64,000 nucleotides of DNA. Origin: Antedon mediterranea. Lineage: Eukaryota; Animalia; Echinodermata. Below the pieces are notes generated by a model. The model had not been told where the DNA came from, did not search any database, and was given only the letters and a program-made list of their open reading frames with translations. The position numbers and the translations under genes are program-made. Positions within the stretch are counted from its first letter, which is position 1. The number at the start of each line of letters is the position of its first letter. The DNA is taken from positions 6,602,201-6,666,200 of the forward strand of contig NC_092679.1 in assembly GCF_964355755.1 (NCBI RefSeq). The letters run 5' to 3'. Below are positions 11,801 through 26,700 of the stretch, piece after piece.

Positions 11801-14800
11801 CTACATGGTGTAGTAGTTGCCATACTTTAGATTTGGCTATTGGGAAAAGCTGACATAAAATCGAATTAATTTATATATTTATAATTTTGAATTTATTTCC
11901 ATGATTTATTTGTTTGCGAAAGGTGGTGATGGGGTGTGTTGAGAGAGGCCCCTTGGTATACCCCTTACCTGATGTGTTGGGGGAGGCCAATTGGTATTGT
12001 GTGGGAGACCCTTTGGTATACGACTTACCTGGGGTGTGCTGGGTGGGGGGACCCCTTGGTATACTCCTTACCTGGGCTGATCTGGGGCAGGCCCCTTGGT
12101 TTACCTCTTACCTGGGGTGTTTTGGGGGAGGCCTCTTGGTTTACCCTTACCTGGGGTGTGTTGGGAAGGCCCCTTGGTATACCCCTTACCTGGAATGTGT
12201 TGGGGGAGGCCCTTTGGTTTACCCCTTACCTGGGTGAGCTGGGACAAGCCCCTTGTTTTACCCCTTACCCATTTCATCGGGCTCCACCAGCTTTGACCTG
12301 AGTGATCCTAAAACGGCACCTGCAATTCCAGCCAAGCTGCTCACAACCGGCACTTAAAAAAAGAAACCAAACAAAGACATTTAGTTATAAGCTGTGTAGA
12401 ATAAAATATATACCCTATGCTGTGAATTAAGAGGATACTGTAGGTGTTATAATATAATAAAACATTTAGATAGACATCTGTTGCCTCATTCAAAGACTTT
12501 CACTATTATTTCTTAAAATTAAAAACACAAAACATGAAAAAGGTTTAATAAAATAAACTGAATTAAGCCATTTTTAAGCCTGTTTTAATCAATTAATTTT
12601 TTAAAAAGGCAAAAAAAAAACCTAAATTTTTTTCCGGTTTTGAAAAACTTCACTTACAGACAATTCCGATTTACAATTTTTTCTCCTTAAATTTAGTTTT
12701 TTCTGAAAGCTCCAATTCCAACATTTATGTTTAACCATAATATGTTTCAAATTGTGTCGGCATTATGTATTAATGTTAATCTAACATGCATACTGTAGTT
12801 GTTGACATTTCACTCGTTATATTTCCCAAGGGGAAGAACATAATACAAAAGAAATGAGTATTATATAAATAGGTTGCTAGATGTTTCAACAACCATATGT
12901 GTTATCTAATGCTGCTGTATTTAAAAGCAGATACAGAATATATTTTAAAAGAAATGGAGAACTCTAAAAAAAGTATGTGTAAAGAGTAAACATGAAATAA
13001 AAATGAAAACTGTTATTTTAATTACTACATAAATAATTCTGTCATTCGTGTACACCTAAATTTTATACAGTAGAACCACTGTTTGGGACACCCCTATACA
13101 AGAATGCTCCTATTAAGGGGACACTTTAGCAAAGGGCAATATATTATATGTTCATAATTACACCCTTATTAACACTTTATTATGTCCTGAAGGTGTTCCC
13201 TTATTAGGGGTTCAATTTTATTTTATTTTCACAATATAATAACATACAGGATAATAAATAGTAAGTAATCATGTGGAGTTCTATTACCAGTAAATGTTTG
13301 TCTTTTTATTAAATTCAGAACAGTTTGTTTTTCTTTCATATGTATTAATGTTTTAGTGTATTGTTTAACTGGACTGTTTAACTGGACCATTTTAAAGAAC
13401 AATAGCGCTTTACTACTGGACATTCAAAAGGTATAGCCCATCATAGCTGAATTGTATTTACCATAATGTACAAAGGGTACCATAACGTATAAGGGGTACC
13501 ATAATGGATTGGCCTCTTACCCAACATCATGACAAAGCGCATAATACCTGCCCTACAGTATTTACTATAATGTATAAGGGGTGCCATAATGGATAGGCCT
13601 CTTGCGCAGCATCATGACAGAGAGCTTCATACCTGCCCTATTTTTCATAATGTACAAGGAGTACTATAATGGATAGGCCTTCTTACCCAGCATCATGACA
13701 GCTGTTGACTTGGCCATCGCTATCATAATGTAACCAGACATGTTAGAAGCGAGGCCTACGATTGTCAAGTTAAAATCGTTATCTTGCGTCCTTTGACTCT
13801 TAAAATGGAAGAGTAATGGCATTGTTATCAATAGCGCTGCTGCCCTCGCGATGTTACGTAGAGCCATGTACACTGCGATTGTAAATGTAGACCAGCTCAG
13901 AGGAGTGTGTTTTGTATATAACACTGTCAGTTCCATGTCACCTAAAAAGTATTAAAAAGTTAACAAACCAAATAAAATTTGAATCTCTTAAAATTTATGT
14001 GATTATTAAATGTCAAAGATTCTACTGCAGTTACTTCAGTAACTACATTATATTTATGCAATAGTGTATGCTTTTAGTTGGTTAAAATGTAGAGGTTCAT
14101 GCAGTTATGTGTATGATTTATACTTAATTTTTTTTTTAAATTAATATAAAAAATCAATTAAAATAGTTAGAGAAAGTACTAATTACTGCAGGAAATAATA
14201 ATAATTTGATATGGTTCCTTATATAAAGTTGGTGTGTAAACAGTAAATGAATATAAACTACCTGCTCCCACTGCAATAAGCAACATTCAACAATAGTACA
14301 AGTAAGCCTACTCTATACAATATATATCTATACTATATTACAACCAGCACAATCATGGATAATCATTGTAGCATAATATATTAGCATTCTCATATGTTGA
14401 ATTTTAATAAATCCATGGTTGTGTTTTGGAATATGACCCAATTAGTACAACGTTACCTATTTAACACAGAGGTCATTCATTCATTCTTTTCCAATATTTA
14501 CTAATTCAATGGTGGAACAAGTGTGAATAATATCATACATAACGTGACAAAAGGATGATGGTTATGTTTACATTATTGACGAGGAAATTAGACAACAGGT
14601 GTACAGAATCAATAGAGCATGGAGAAAGAACAAAAAGTAAGTGCGAAATGACCAATACAGACCGGAAAGCGCCAGCATGTGTAGCATAGCTATGACTTGC
14701 AAAAGCAGTAACCATTTCCGTTTCTTGTTTTCTCGCTCCACGAAACAGACCGTGAAAGTCTTGCGCATATTTTCTAAAACACTGAATCCAAACCCAGACA

Positions 14801-15506
14801 TCCAACCTCTTCGTTTGGCCATTGCATCTTCTAATTTTGAGGATAATCTCTGTTTCGTTGAAAGTGATTCGGGCAAAATGGCCAAAACATATCCTACAGC
14901 GGTTAGATTTAATAAAAAACAACATGCGTACACTGCGGGTATGCTTATTTTTTGAGCGATTGACCCTGCTAATAATAATCCAATTGTTCCTCCTAAGAAC
15001 ACCATAGATTCTAACATACCAAACCGCTTTGTTCTGTTTGAACTATCAGTAATGTCTGTGATGTAGCTAACTAACGCTACCTGACATGTCCCCATGCCAC
15101 CGCATATTCCTAAAGCAAAACTGCTTATTAACATATATCGAATTGGTAAGTCGGTATAAAAGGAGTTTATCATGAAATTTATTGATGCAACACAAGCACC
15201 GATTAATGGAAATGCAATAATAGTTCTACGACCAAATTTATCACTTGCTGCTCCTAAAATAGTGCACATTATGGCTCCAGGAATGTTCATAGCTAAGTTG
15301 AGTTTGAGGATCCAATGTGACGTCTTGGATTGTACCTGGTTCTCCAGTTGTGGATAATTACCGAGTTCCTGACATATGCTGTCATCGTGTTCTTCTAGGC
15401 AGACCTTGCGTAGCAGAAGGAGTTGCGTCACTGGTATCTGCATCATAAGACTAGTGATGAAGAGAAAGAGAACTGGTTCTACGGTCACTTGTCTACAACA
15501 ACCCAT
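8839..15506 (-). CDS. SLC46-family MFS transporter (proton-coupled folate transporter / SLC46A3-like)
   Basis: Exons (minus) 15506-14663 (MGCCRQVTVEPVLFL, GAASDKFGRR, SYITDIT..RTKRFG), 13941-13687, 12352-12269 (GSLRSKLVEPDEMG), 10063-~9907 (GAMFA..IFNNMYPAT). The last exons (~9710-9674, ~8921-8839) have an ambiguous frame, so the stop position is uncertain. Paralog identity within SLC46 cannot be fixed. Confidence 0.85.
9745..9891. mobile_element. PIF/Harbinger-type MITE (family A, ~150 bp; at least 8 copies in the window)
   Basis: TIRs AGCT(C/A)TGTCTACACTATCAAAC...GTTTGATAGTGTAGACAGAGCT, flanked by TAA/TAA. Other copies at about 556-684, 8463-8575, 22620-22769, 36895-37050, 37217-37415, 43167-43270 and 63545-63660. 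Confidence 0.8.
10302..10531. mobile_element. MITE with ~25-bp TIRs
   Basis: GTGGCCGTATTCACCAATCACAC...GTGTGAATGGTGAATACGGCCAC. Confidence 0.6.
11930..12268. repeat. GC-rich ~40-bp minisatellite (~8 units) starting at the SLC46 exon 3 donor
   Basis: The unit on the minus strand is approximately GTAAGGGGTAAACCAAGGGGCCTCCCCCAACACACCCCAG. It accounts for the overlapping ORFs 11914, 11936 and 12096. Confidence 0.9.
13460..13701 (-). repeat. ~80-85-bp tandem repeat (x3) containing the SLC46 exon 2 end and donor
   Basis: Plus-strand GGCCT(T)CTTACCCAGCATCATGACA variants at 13511, 13596 and 13676. Confidence 0.8.
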
Positions 15507-17084
15507 TGTGTTCAAAGTGAATCAACGACGTACCGTTTCAGAGTTCCTTCAAGTGCAGTCCTTATGAAAGAAAATACAAGTTAATTTTTACTTTCTTGGG
15601 AAATTAAAATGTATCAAATAAAACATTCAGTACTATATTTTAAGATAACATTTCTCACTGAAACCAGTCTACCTCTCTCTAATATGAATAAGGGTAGGAC
15701 AGGGTGTCAGAATCACCTTGATTTCTCAGTGAGTATTAAAGGAAATGGTTGACCTTTTTACTTATAAGTGGTATATAAACAAAACCCTCATTATTCTGTA
15801 TGATGCTATTCATCAGGAATGTCTATTTATCCTGATACTTGAACTTTGGACAACACGATTTGTCTATTTAAATTTTATGTCTTCAAATGATGCGGGTGGG
15901 CTAAAGCTTATAAAGGTTAGTTTGTTTTTGTTGCTAACCTTTTTTAAACAACTGGCTATAAATTTTATAATAAAAAATAATAAAATACCAGCATATATAT
16001 AGAGTTATAAGCGATACATAGCATTAAAGTACTCGTTATGCCCAGAAATAAGAGATTTTAATTAAAAATATCATTCTAGATAATTTCATATTTTTTGTAT
16101 TGTATATATTTATTTCAAATATAAATTCAAAGGCAAATTACTGAAAAAATGTGACCCAAGACTACAAAATGGCTGTAAAGTCATCATATATAAAAATTGT
16201 GATTTTATTATAATCAGAAAAATAATTACATAAGCTTTAAAATGAGGGGTAGATTATTTAAATTGAGCGCCTAGAAGCAAAGTGGGTATCAGTGGCTGGA
16301 TCTCAATAGAGATACAAAAAAAAAAAGCGAAAAGCTAAATCAAAACGATGAAGTAAAACAGGCAGAAAAATTACCAGAGCTTTTGGGCAACATTAAAATA
16401 TATATATATATGTAACATTAATATTAGTGGTTTGAAAATGATTAAATATGAATTTAATAATTTGTTAGATGTAAAAATAGTTGGCCTACATTGTAACATG
16501 TCTTTATGAAATTGAATAAATTTTAAAAAAAACCTGAATGAAAAAATACATTTAGAAGAATTGAATAATATTATAATATTAATGAATAAAATAGATACCC
16601 ACATTTAAGTGTCACAGTACTCAACTCACGCTATATGATACTCTTATTTTTAACAGCATCGTCGTGTTTATGATAGCAACATAACACCACAAAATCAACC
16701 TGCACCAGACATTTTCGGAACAATTTAAAGTCCCAAATTCAGCGATAAAACACCCCTACCGGTTAAGTAACGTACTGTAAAAGTGTATAGAAAATAATTA
16801 TGCTGGTAATTTCGTTGTTACGCCCCCAATACAATAACACTCTGCATGCATATGGAAAAGTTTGTGTGCCCTTGATGGGCTGTTCGATTATTGTATGGGG
16901 ACACTCACAATATACTTATTATTATTTTTATTAAATTTATAACCGTAACTTATATAATTATTTATTTTATTTCAATAGAACATATTGTTAACATGTCTGT
17001 TTTATTTTCTTTATACAAATATATGTTTATAAGGTTATTTACAAAATCTTTTTTATACATTTTACCAATTGTTTTTTGTTTGAG

Positions 17085-17100
17085 ACCGGAAGTTACGTCC
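17085..17100. promoter_or_regulatory. ETS/GABP-like motif in the divergent SLC46/stonin promoter region
   Basis: ACCGGAAGT in a locally CpG-containing patch upstream of a probable non-coding stonin exon (donor ~17262). Confidence 0.35.
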
Positions 17101-17718
17101 TCGTGATGGTAAACATAGAAGGCGACGAAGCATGACACGAATACGATAACACCACCAAAATGCATTCCAACGATTTTGTAGTATTATTTTAAAGTTTACT
17201 TTTTTGTTTTTTAAATGTTTGAAAGTACAAATAATCGATCTGCAACCCCCTGCCTTAAATAGGTAAATTGTTTATGTTATTTAAAGTTGTATAAAGTTCT
17301 TCACACCGAGGTTAAAAAACAGTTATTGCTTGGTTATTCTAAGCCAGCAAACATATGTGGCTGTACTGAGATTTCAGGGCGAAAACCGCCTTTTGCCTGG
17401 CAGAAGTGAGTTAATGAACACTAGGCTAGGCATCTGCTACACCCTAAACTTGTTATTAATGTGTTATAATAATGTTGTGATTTTGTCGTTGATTTAATGC
17501 ACTAACATACCTTTGTAAGCTTTAATAATTGATTCATTTAAAAAAAAATTATTTAAAAAGATTAATTTTTTCCATGTGATGTACTTATTTCATTTCAAAT
17601 AATTGCACATATTAATAATAATAATGAATATTAATTATTATACATACTGTAATAAATGACTGATGCTATTCTATTCTGTAGTAGGTGAAGCCTCTACAAT
17701 CTGTTTAGTAAGTCAACA

Positions 17719-20700
17719 ATGAGTGGAAACATAGCAAGGATGTTTAATCAAGAAGAAATTGCAAGTGGAGAACTTGCCTCTGGTATCACTGATACACAGG
17801 AAGAACAACCAGCCAACAGATTAAACAACAATGTGGAACTTGATGATACTAATAATGATATATCCCAAGTAGCTGAAGAGCCAGCGGATCCCTTTGTTCT
17901 TAAAGACTTAACCCCCGAATTAAAAGACCAACTTATAAATTCCCTAAAGAAAAATAACATAGTAAACGAAGATATCAATCTACGACCTGAAACCCCAATT
18001 AAAACAGCTAATAATACAATTGTGGCCAACCAAAATCAAGGTGCCGCATCATCAAATTTCACCGACAATCTTGTTGATTTAAAACCAACTCTACCAGACC
18101 GAAATCATATTACAGACGCCTTAGAGAGTAACCTTGAAATGTTTACTGCACTCGGAGGAATTGATCGTGCTTCGTCCGCGGATTCAGAGGCAACATCTCT
18201 TTCATCCAGACAGTCATCAAGAATCATGCGTTCGTTCTCCAATGATGATGATGCCTCAAGCCAATCATCATCTGTCAGGAGTCATCAGGTAATACAGTTG
18301 TCTGAACCCCTCCCTTGGGACCCCCAACAACTCCCCCACCTCCTGATAATAATAGTTGGATTTATAGGGCACATAAAGGCTATGCACTTCACATTGAAAT
18401 TAACAAATTTTTAATAAAATATAAAAAAAAAAGTTTGCCACAAATGGCAATATGATCTATTCAGGGGACTTTTTCATGTGAAACTGATATGTCCCCTCCA
18501 ATATATTGAAAATGATACATTAATAATTAAAGTGCTAATGTAATTGAGGAAGCTAGTTTTAATAGCTAATAAAAATAAAACAAAGCTAATTAATCTGTTT
18601 CGGGCAATCAATATTTGATTACTTCCTGAAGTAGTCATCAACTTTCGTCCGTGTTAAAGATTCAGAAAGTTAATAATTCCTTACATGATTGAAATTAAGC
18701 ATTACCAATTCTACACAATTAATTACCTTATTGCTAAATTAAATTGCCAATCAAAATTTGTTAATGAAAATGTGTTCATGCCATTGCCAGGACTAAAAAA
18801 AAACAAATAACTGTCAATCATAGAATAAAGTGTGTAGTTTTAGTTGGCTAAGTAGGCGATAATTTTTTTGTTTCGGGTAATCATGAAAAAGCCATCAGGA
18901 AGACCAGAGTTTCCTTAGTTGAACAATAGTTCTATTATTTTACTAAAGCTTTTATTTATGTTTCCAAATTATATATTTTGCTTATTTTGAGAATGTTTAT
19001 TTTACCCACAGAGACAAGGCAGTGGATCTAAGAACTGGGTCCAGTTTGATGATCCTCAGAGATCAAGCAGGTCTCATGTTCCTATACAATATACAGGTAA
19101 ATCAATGTTTGGTACTACAGTAACTTCAAATTGAATTTTTACTATTTTCTTGAGCGATACAGTTAAATATTTAATAACACTTTCTGTTCTGCTTTTTAAC
19201 TTTTGATTTGGTTCTAAAATAAACTGAACTGATATTAACTTGGGCCAGAATTATATAATTAATTATGTTACATACATTGCATTATAGGGCCTCTTCAGCT
19301 GTACTGCTGTTTTAGTACAGCTGTTATCTACCCTCAACAAACATAAAAACACAATAATAACATTTCAAGTTTCCCTTTTCCACATAATTGTACAAAAATG
19401 TAAAATAGTACAGTATGTGACATTATTGAGTACGTTACTTTGAACTTCTTATCATAATTTAATATGTACACAAGTAATTAAAATAGTTTTGTTTTTTTTT
19501 GTCAGATAATATTGAACTACATGTGGCATAATTGTTTCAACATTTATTGCTTACATTCAGTATGTAAATATATTTGACATTTGAAATTGTGAAATTAATA
19601 TTCGATCTACTATCAGTAGAATTTATTTAAAATAGCTAGTTTAAGGAAGCTAAGAATCAATATATGATGTCTATTATGTCTTTATCATATTTACAGGAAA
19701 TTCTTAAGTCTTTCCCAGGCATGGCATGGATCATATTACCTATCATTATTAGGAACAAAACAAGTTTAAGGAAAAATCCCAAATATGCTGAATCAATATT
19801 CAAGTCTTTTGTCATTCATTTTTTTTTTAAATTTATCGTACAGCCGAAACTAGGCTAGCCTCTCTCTTCCGATGTCGTCTTGTCAACGGATGTCCGGCCA
19901 AATTAGGATAACCGATATCTAGGGCGGCTACGGAAATTGTTGTCTTCTAGCTTTAGATAGAATTCAAATTAGTGAACAATACATTGTTTGTGTGCATTGT
20001 CAATGGTGTTTACTAAAGCTTAGACAATCACTATAACAATACATCATAGGCTACAAACAATATTTCGTATTCGTGGGCGACATTCAGAGAACAATGACCT
20101 ACGATCTACCTACATGTAGGCTACTAAAGGTTATGTGTAGATACGAAGCAGTAATTTCTTGCTGTACTGTATGATCTTTGCATGTATTGGGTCTTTGGTT
20201 GTATGGTTCTTAAATTCTCTAAAATTGAGAAATGGAATAAAGAAGCAACAATTGTTGCTGCATGCACAAGAATTCAAATGATGTGTGTATGTTTCCTAGC
20301 CATCGCAAATCTCAAGCTACCTGGTAAATCATGTAAAAATTAGACAAACCTAAATTGTAACTTTAGAAGTGACAAGCAAGACAATTTTCGAGCTAGAATG
20401 CTTGATGAAATCAATGCTTTTATGCATAACTACTGTATGGCAAATTTTATGCAATTACATCATTCATCCACCTGCAACATATATATTCAAAACAATTTTC
20501 AACTGGTGGTAATAAAATATCTGAATTATGTCTTCATTTGGGTTCCATTTTGATGTCTTCTCATTTTTGTGAATGGAGAAATAAATTCTATGATGCATGA
20601 CAGATAAAGAAGTTCTGGTCAATTGTTAATTCGTTACCGCTATTTAACACTTGATCTAATTGTTATCATTTAATTAAATCAATTTCATAGGTAAAAATTT

Positions 20701-23700
20701 CTAATTATTTTATGCAAACGTGACCTAGTGGCTTAATTAAATATCTTAGAATTCAATTGACAGAGGATAAAAATTTATTGAAGCATGCAATTTGATCAAT
20801 CTCAGTCAATCGTTTCGTGCCAGATGTTGACAGCATTGTCACACGTTTGTATTCAAAAATTGACCTTTGACCATTGATTTTATGGTTCATTGAACACTTG
20901 CCAGTCTGCTTGCGGAAAGTGTGAGGGCAGGTGTTAATATTTTGATAAGTTCAATACAGTATTCATTGGATATTCAATTCTGTACTGTTTATTAAATTAT
21001 GGTGAATTATATGAATTTCTTATTATTCCACTATATTGTAGTAACTAGCCCTGGGCTAGTTAAAATGCAGGCAAACTATATACCGATTTTATATGATAGA
21101 TAGAATGTTTTATTATACAACATGGAATATTTATACTGGTATCAGCAATTTATAGCCCAACTAGACGTTTGGCTAGCTATCAAACCTCAATTAGTATATG
21201 CAACCCCTTTAAACTTTGACAACACAATTATAACATTTTTTTTTTCATTGAATAATTATTTTTTTCTTTAGCAGCACCCTCTACTTTTTTATTTTCACCT
21301 AGGTATAGTTTTCTTTTAGCAAGACTATATCAATTTAATTAGTAGAGAATTAACACAAAAGCGCTTAAAAAAGATGGATATTAAACCAGGTTTTTTTATT
21401 GTGTTAACGTCTCTTTAATACCATACAGTACTACTTCTAATGCACACACCCACGCTTCTTTCGGCATCTTTAATTTCTAATGAATAAATAAATCACATAT
21501 TACAACAAAACAAATAAGACACAAAGGATTTATAATTATCAATTTTAATTAGAACAGCCAACAGATTCTGAAATCATCTATTTTAATGAAAATCTTTTTG
21601 AAAACATGTGACTGCTTTATTAAAATTCTAGATAAATATTAATATTTTTAATTAATTTTGAAAAAAATTTTGGAACTATAACAATAATTCTGACATATTG
21701 TGTAAATATACAATATAAGAAATTAATTGTAATTTATGTTGCTCGCTTTGAAAATAACGTATTGTTAAAGCACACACAGAAATGTAATCAGTTGTGAGTC
21801 ATATTATATGAGAAAGAAGAAAAAAAAGCTCTTTAATTTGCATCAGTTAATGCACCAGTAGATATTATTAAATGTGCAATACCAACACGAGACAGGCTGG
21901 TTGCTAACAGTTATTCATCTTCGTCGTCTGCTGCTTTTATTGAAGTCGTTAATTCAAAGGTGCTCTTATGGTAATAGAAAAGTGGGCAGGCTGATTCAGC
22001 GTTGACTTGACTCCATGCTGTTTTTCTCTTTCTTGGATACCAATACAGTTCTATTCTTTCCTACTATAAGTGTTATTCTCTGTGGAAGGAAATAGTATGT
22101 ATAAGAGGTTAGATAAAGGTACTGTAGTAGTATACTATTATTATTATGTTTTAATTTTAATTTAAAAAAAATCATAGTCTTTGTTTACTGAGCGGCTAGT
22201 GCTATCAAAGTGGTAATATTTGATGGGTGGAAAATATGTGTATGATCGTTCTATGGTTTTATTATTAGTATTATGGATCTGTATGGTAAACACATTTAGT
22301 TTTGTTTATATTCAATTATTTATTGGTAATTTCAATCCTACATATCTATAACAATAACATTAATAAAACAGTAATATTATTTACCAAGTTTCAATGATTT
22401 TACATTCTGATTTGAGCTGAAACTAATATAAAAGAAGTACACCATACACAGTGTCAGATTCTAAAGTCCCTTCTTGTCCATCGCATCAAATTTAATAATT
22501 AATAAATAAAATTTAGATAAATTAACCATATTAATTTTATTTATTTAGCTGAAATTTACAGTACACCAATGCATTCTTGCATCAAGAAATTCCATTTACA
22601 TATTTGACAATGGTCCTGTTTTTATCAAAGTTTATGTGACAACAAAATGTGATGTACCCATATATGGACATGATGATGTCATATCACTACCATATGTGTG
22701 TATATCACCATATCTTTTGGACACTCCACAGTTTTGTTGTCAAACTAGTTTGATAGCGTAGACAGAGCAATTACAAAAATCATTTTAAAACTTTATTCAC
22801 ATATAATTCACTTTTCCTTGAAGGCAGATAAGTGAATCTCTAATTGAAATCATTATAAGCCAATTTATTTTTCATTGTATTCCCAAGGTTAACAACATAT
22901 ATAGAATGCCACGAGCAGCAATGTGCTGGTACAGAACAATATTAATGTTTTTATTTAATTATCCTCTTAAAACGAATCATTCAAATGCACAGATGAATGT
23001 GCAACTTAGACAAAACCATTATTATATACATTTCAAACACTCAGTATACTCGGTACACTCAACTTGTTTGAAACTTTGACTTTCTCAAATTTTGTAACGC
23101 TTCGAAGCTTTGAAAACCAAGAAAGTTCAAAGGTTGTCAAAATGTTTCTACTAACTACCATATTTAACTATTCAGTAGGAGACCTACTAGATAGTAATTA
23201 AATTCACCTTTTAGGAATCCTGTCTCTGCCTAGTTGTATATGTTGTTTTTTTTGTTCATTTTAACAGTATTGTGTTTTTATGTATTATCTGCGGACAAAA
23301 TAAATAAAGACATTTTTTGGAAGCGTGCTTTGATAGAGCTGACAGTTTTTGCATAATTTGCATTTTTTACACTACTCTGTGCTATACAGTAAGTGAGGTT
23401 CCATTTCAGGACAATACATGACGTGTACAAATCTGTTCCGTTCTTTCATACTGTACAATTTCTAACTGTGATGAGAGGAACAGTCCATAACCGTCATGGT
23501 CTGTTGAATTACTATTTCCTTCATCTACCATCCCAAAATGAAAGCTTGTTTACCATCTTCAGCACATTATGCTACATTAATGTACTTGGGACATAGTACA
23601 TTAACATGATAATGCGATGCACCTGTTATTTGACATTAAGATTTAAGACACAGTTGTAAAATCCTTTGTTTACATAGGCGTTGAAACTGTATGATGGAAT

Positions 23701-26700
23701 TAACAGTCCAATTTAATGTATGCACATGTAATACCGTAAATCTTCTAATTGTAACCCTGGGTTATTATTCTTTGATTGTTTTTTACGGTGGGTTACTATT
23801 AGAAGGGGGTGGGGGGGGGGGTACTATTACTGAAATTAGGCACCTGAAAATAGTAACCCACCCCCAACTTTTCCGGTCAGCAACTCATAGCAAAATAATA
23901 AAAAATTACGAATAAACAAGTCTGGTTAAACTCTAAATTTATTTTATAAACTCAAAAAGACTTAATTCTCTTCCACCCCCAAGATCAACATGCTACTTAT
24001 TTTCAAAATATGGCTGCATCATAAGTTTTTGTGACTCTAATTTGGTTGCAGCTAAAAGTTGCCTAGCAGTTTATTTTGTGCTGCCTTTTAACCAGTTACC
24101 ACAAAATTGTCCTGTTTGTGCTCCCAAGAAATTGCAGTTAATTTATTCACACTATTTTTAAACTGGTTATTTTTATGCAGCAGAAACAGGACCATAGTCA
24201 CATAATGTAGTTACATTGGTAAATGTAGTTACATTGGTAATTATTTTTTAAAAGATTAATTCGATTTTAAAATTTTATTTTCATAGGATCTTCTATTCGT
24301 AGTAGTGATTTAACATCAGAGAAAAGTTGGGTGACAGATGACAGACAATCAGACTTTGGAGAAACACATGAAACCCATTCTCATGATTATATTCGTCTGA
24401 ATTCAACTAAATCACCAGTACCAGAGAACTGGGTGACATTTGAAGACAACTCACAACCGGTACCATCAAGACCAGCCAAACCGGAATCTCCTATTCCATC
24501 TGCGCGTGACTTAGGAGCCAAGACCCCCGACACTCCAACAGCTGTTCCTACTAATTGGGTTGCTTTTGAGGATGATGAGAAGCGATCAACAATTTTGCGA
24601 TCACCTATTCACCAATCATTGACAGGAAAATCTTCTGGGTCCCAAGCATCTAGAGAGTTGACACTGACTTCAACATCTGAAGAGGGAACTCCAACCAGAG
24701 TTTTACCAGAAAGGAATATTCCCTCTCGAGGAAATCCATTTGCAGAGGAACTCCAAAAACAAAAGGATAGTGCTTTCATTGAACATGCATTACAGAATCG
24801 ACCAACTTCTCCATACAATCCATTCATAGGAGGTGGAGGAGAAGTGACTTCACCATTAAGAAAAAATTGGCAAACCTTTGACGATACTCAACCAGTTAAA
24901 AATCCATTTAATGTTAAACAGACATCACAAGCACATATATCGCAACCATACCAAAGACAACTATCAAATCCAATTACACCAGATGTTCCATCTGGTGAAG
25001 TCGTACAGGACTATGCTCTTTCACAAAAGGCAACAGGATCAAAAGACAATTGGGAAAACTTCATCGCTTCACAAATGGGGAAGCCAAAGTTAAAGAAGGT
25101 TGGCAGTGACATCACCGCCGTCACAAACACTCATCAACCGTTTGACCAGAAGCCAACCATTCTCCAGCAATCCAGAGGGGCTTCTGTGTCATCAGCAACA
25201 AATAGACCAGTATCAACTTTAGAAGATCCATTAGGCGAAGAGTTTATAGATACGTACCCTATACCAGAGGTTGATTTTGAAGCAGGATGGAAGCTTATGC
25301 TACGACATCCTGGAAAGAAGAGGCTTGCAGGTGCCAGAACGTGGAAAACAGTCTTTGTAAAGATAACTGATGGAAATATAATCCAACTATTTGACAGTGA
25401 ATCATCTCGCGAGCCATTCAGTGAGATTCAATTACAATCCAATTATGAAATTAGTGATCCCACGTTACAAAGCTATGACGGAATGGGTAAAGTTCATAAA
25501 GTGTACCTTTTCTACATGTCTTATGTGGAGAAGAGGAAATACAGTGCTAATGCACCGTTTGAAAAAATGAAAAAAGCTGATGAGCTGTTAAAAATAGGAT
25601 CAACATCGGTTGATGACTTGAACTCGTTTGTGCGATGCGTTAATGATTCTCTTATGAGCTTAGAAGTTTCCCGAGAACGTGGCGTACAGTATCATAGCGA
25701 ATGCGTAATCCTCGATGTGATAGATCGTTTCCGTGCCTTAATAGGTACTGAAGGTGTTGTTGAAAAACAATCTACTTCTGTTAGTATATCTTGCATCGCG
25801 TTTGTGTCGGGAATGCCGGATTGCGCAATAGGATTAAATGACTTTCAGCGGAAGGATGTTGAGGTCACAGCGCGACAGGATATTATACCAAGCAAGACGG
25901 AGAGATGGTTAAAAATGGAGGCGGTTGAATTCCATCATTGCGTCGATAAGGAAGCATTTATTGACTCGCATTTGATTAAGTTTACGCCATTGGAAGCGTG
26001 TAAGTTTGAGTTAATGAGGTTTAAAGTTAAGTCACACTTAGAACAAACACTCCCTCTCATGGTAAGAGTGCAGCTTGGAGGTGAGGGACATCATTTGCAA
26101 TTGAGAGCTGATGTTATTGTTCGAGGTAAGTGTTGCAAATATAAATATTAATGAGATATTGTACATATTTAATTTTTGCAACGTTGGCTTTGACATTAAA
26201 GATAATTTAATTCAAAATATTTTTAATATTTTCTGTAAGAGTATCCTCGTATCAAAGTGTATGTAGTCGCCAGTCTACTACATAACTGTTTGTATCGTTT
26301 AATAGTTGATTTCCTCGCCCTCTCTTTAACAATGTACCAATAAATCCTTTCTCTTTTAACAAAGACATTCAATATTTAACAAAGTATAATTTTCTTTTTC
26401 GTAATTAGAACCCTAAGACACACTTCTATTAAGGAAGATTCATTTCACCATTTTATATCCGATTTCTTTGTAATATATACGTTTCAGTGTGTCATTTTAC
26501 AATTCTGTCTAAAATTTCACAAACTTGATCTAGATTCCTTTGTATATAGAAAGTGCACGTGTCTGATCTATTTCACTAGAAATTAAATTGAATGTTGTTT
26601 TGTAATATAAGTGTATAAGTTTAAATTGACTGTTAGTATTACAAACATTTTAATTTAGTGATCCACTTTATAAGTATATCCCATTCCCAACATGCAATGC

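Noticed and set aside
11914-12301. Three overlapping Gly/Pro/Trp-rich ORFs
   Set aside because: Artefacts of the GC-rich 40-bp minisatellite antisense to an SLC46 intron and exon.
14533-15567. Several ORFs overlapping SLC46 exon 1 in other frames or strands
   Set aside because: Shadow ORFs of a long coding exon with no recognisable motifs.
19664-22130. Possible extra exons or an alternative promoter in the 5-kb stonin intron
   Set aside because: Isolated AG/GT matches without a phase-consistent, motif-bearing reading frame; cannot be supported without RNA data.
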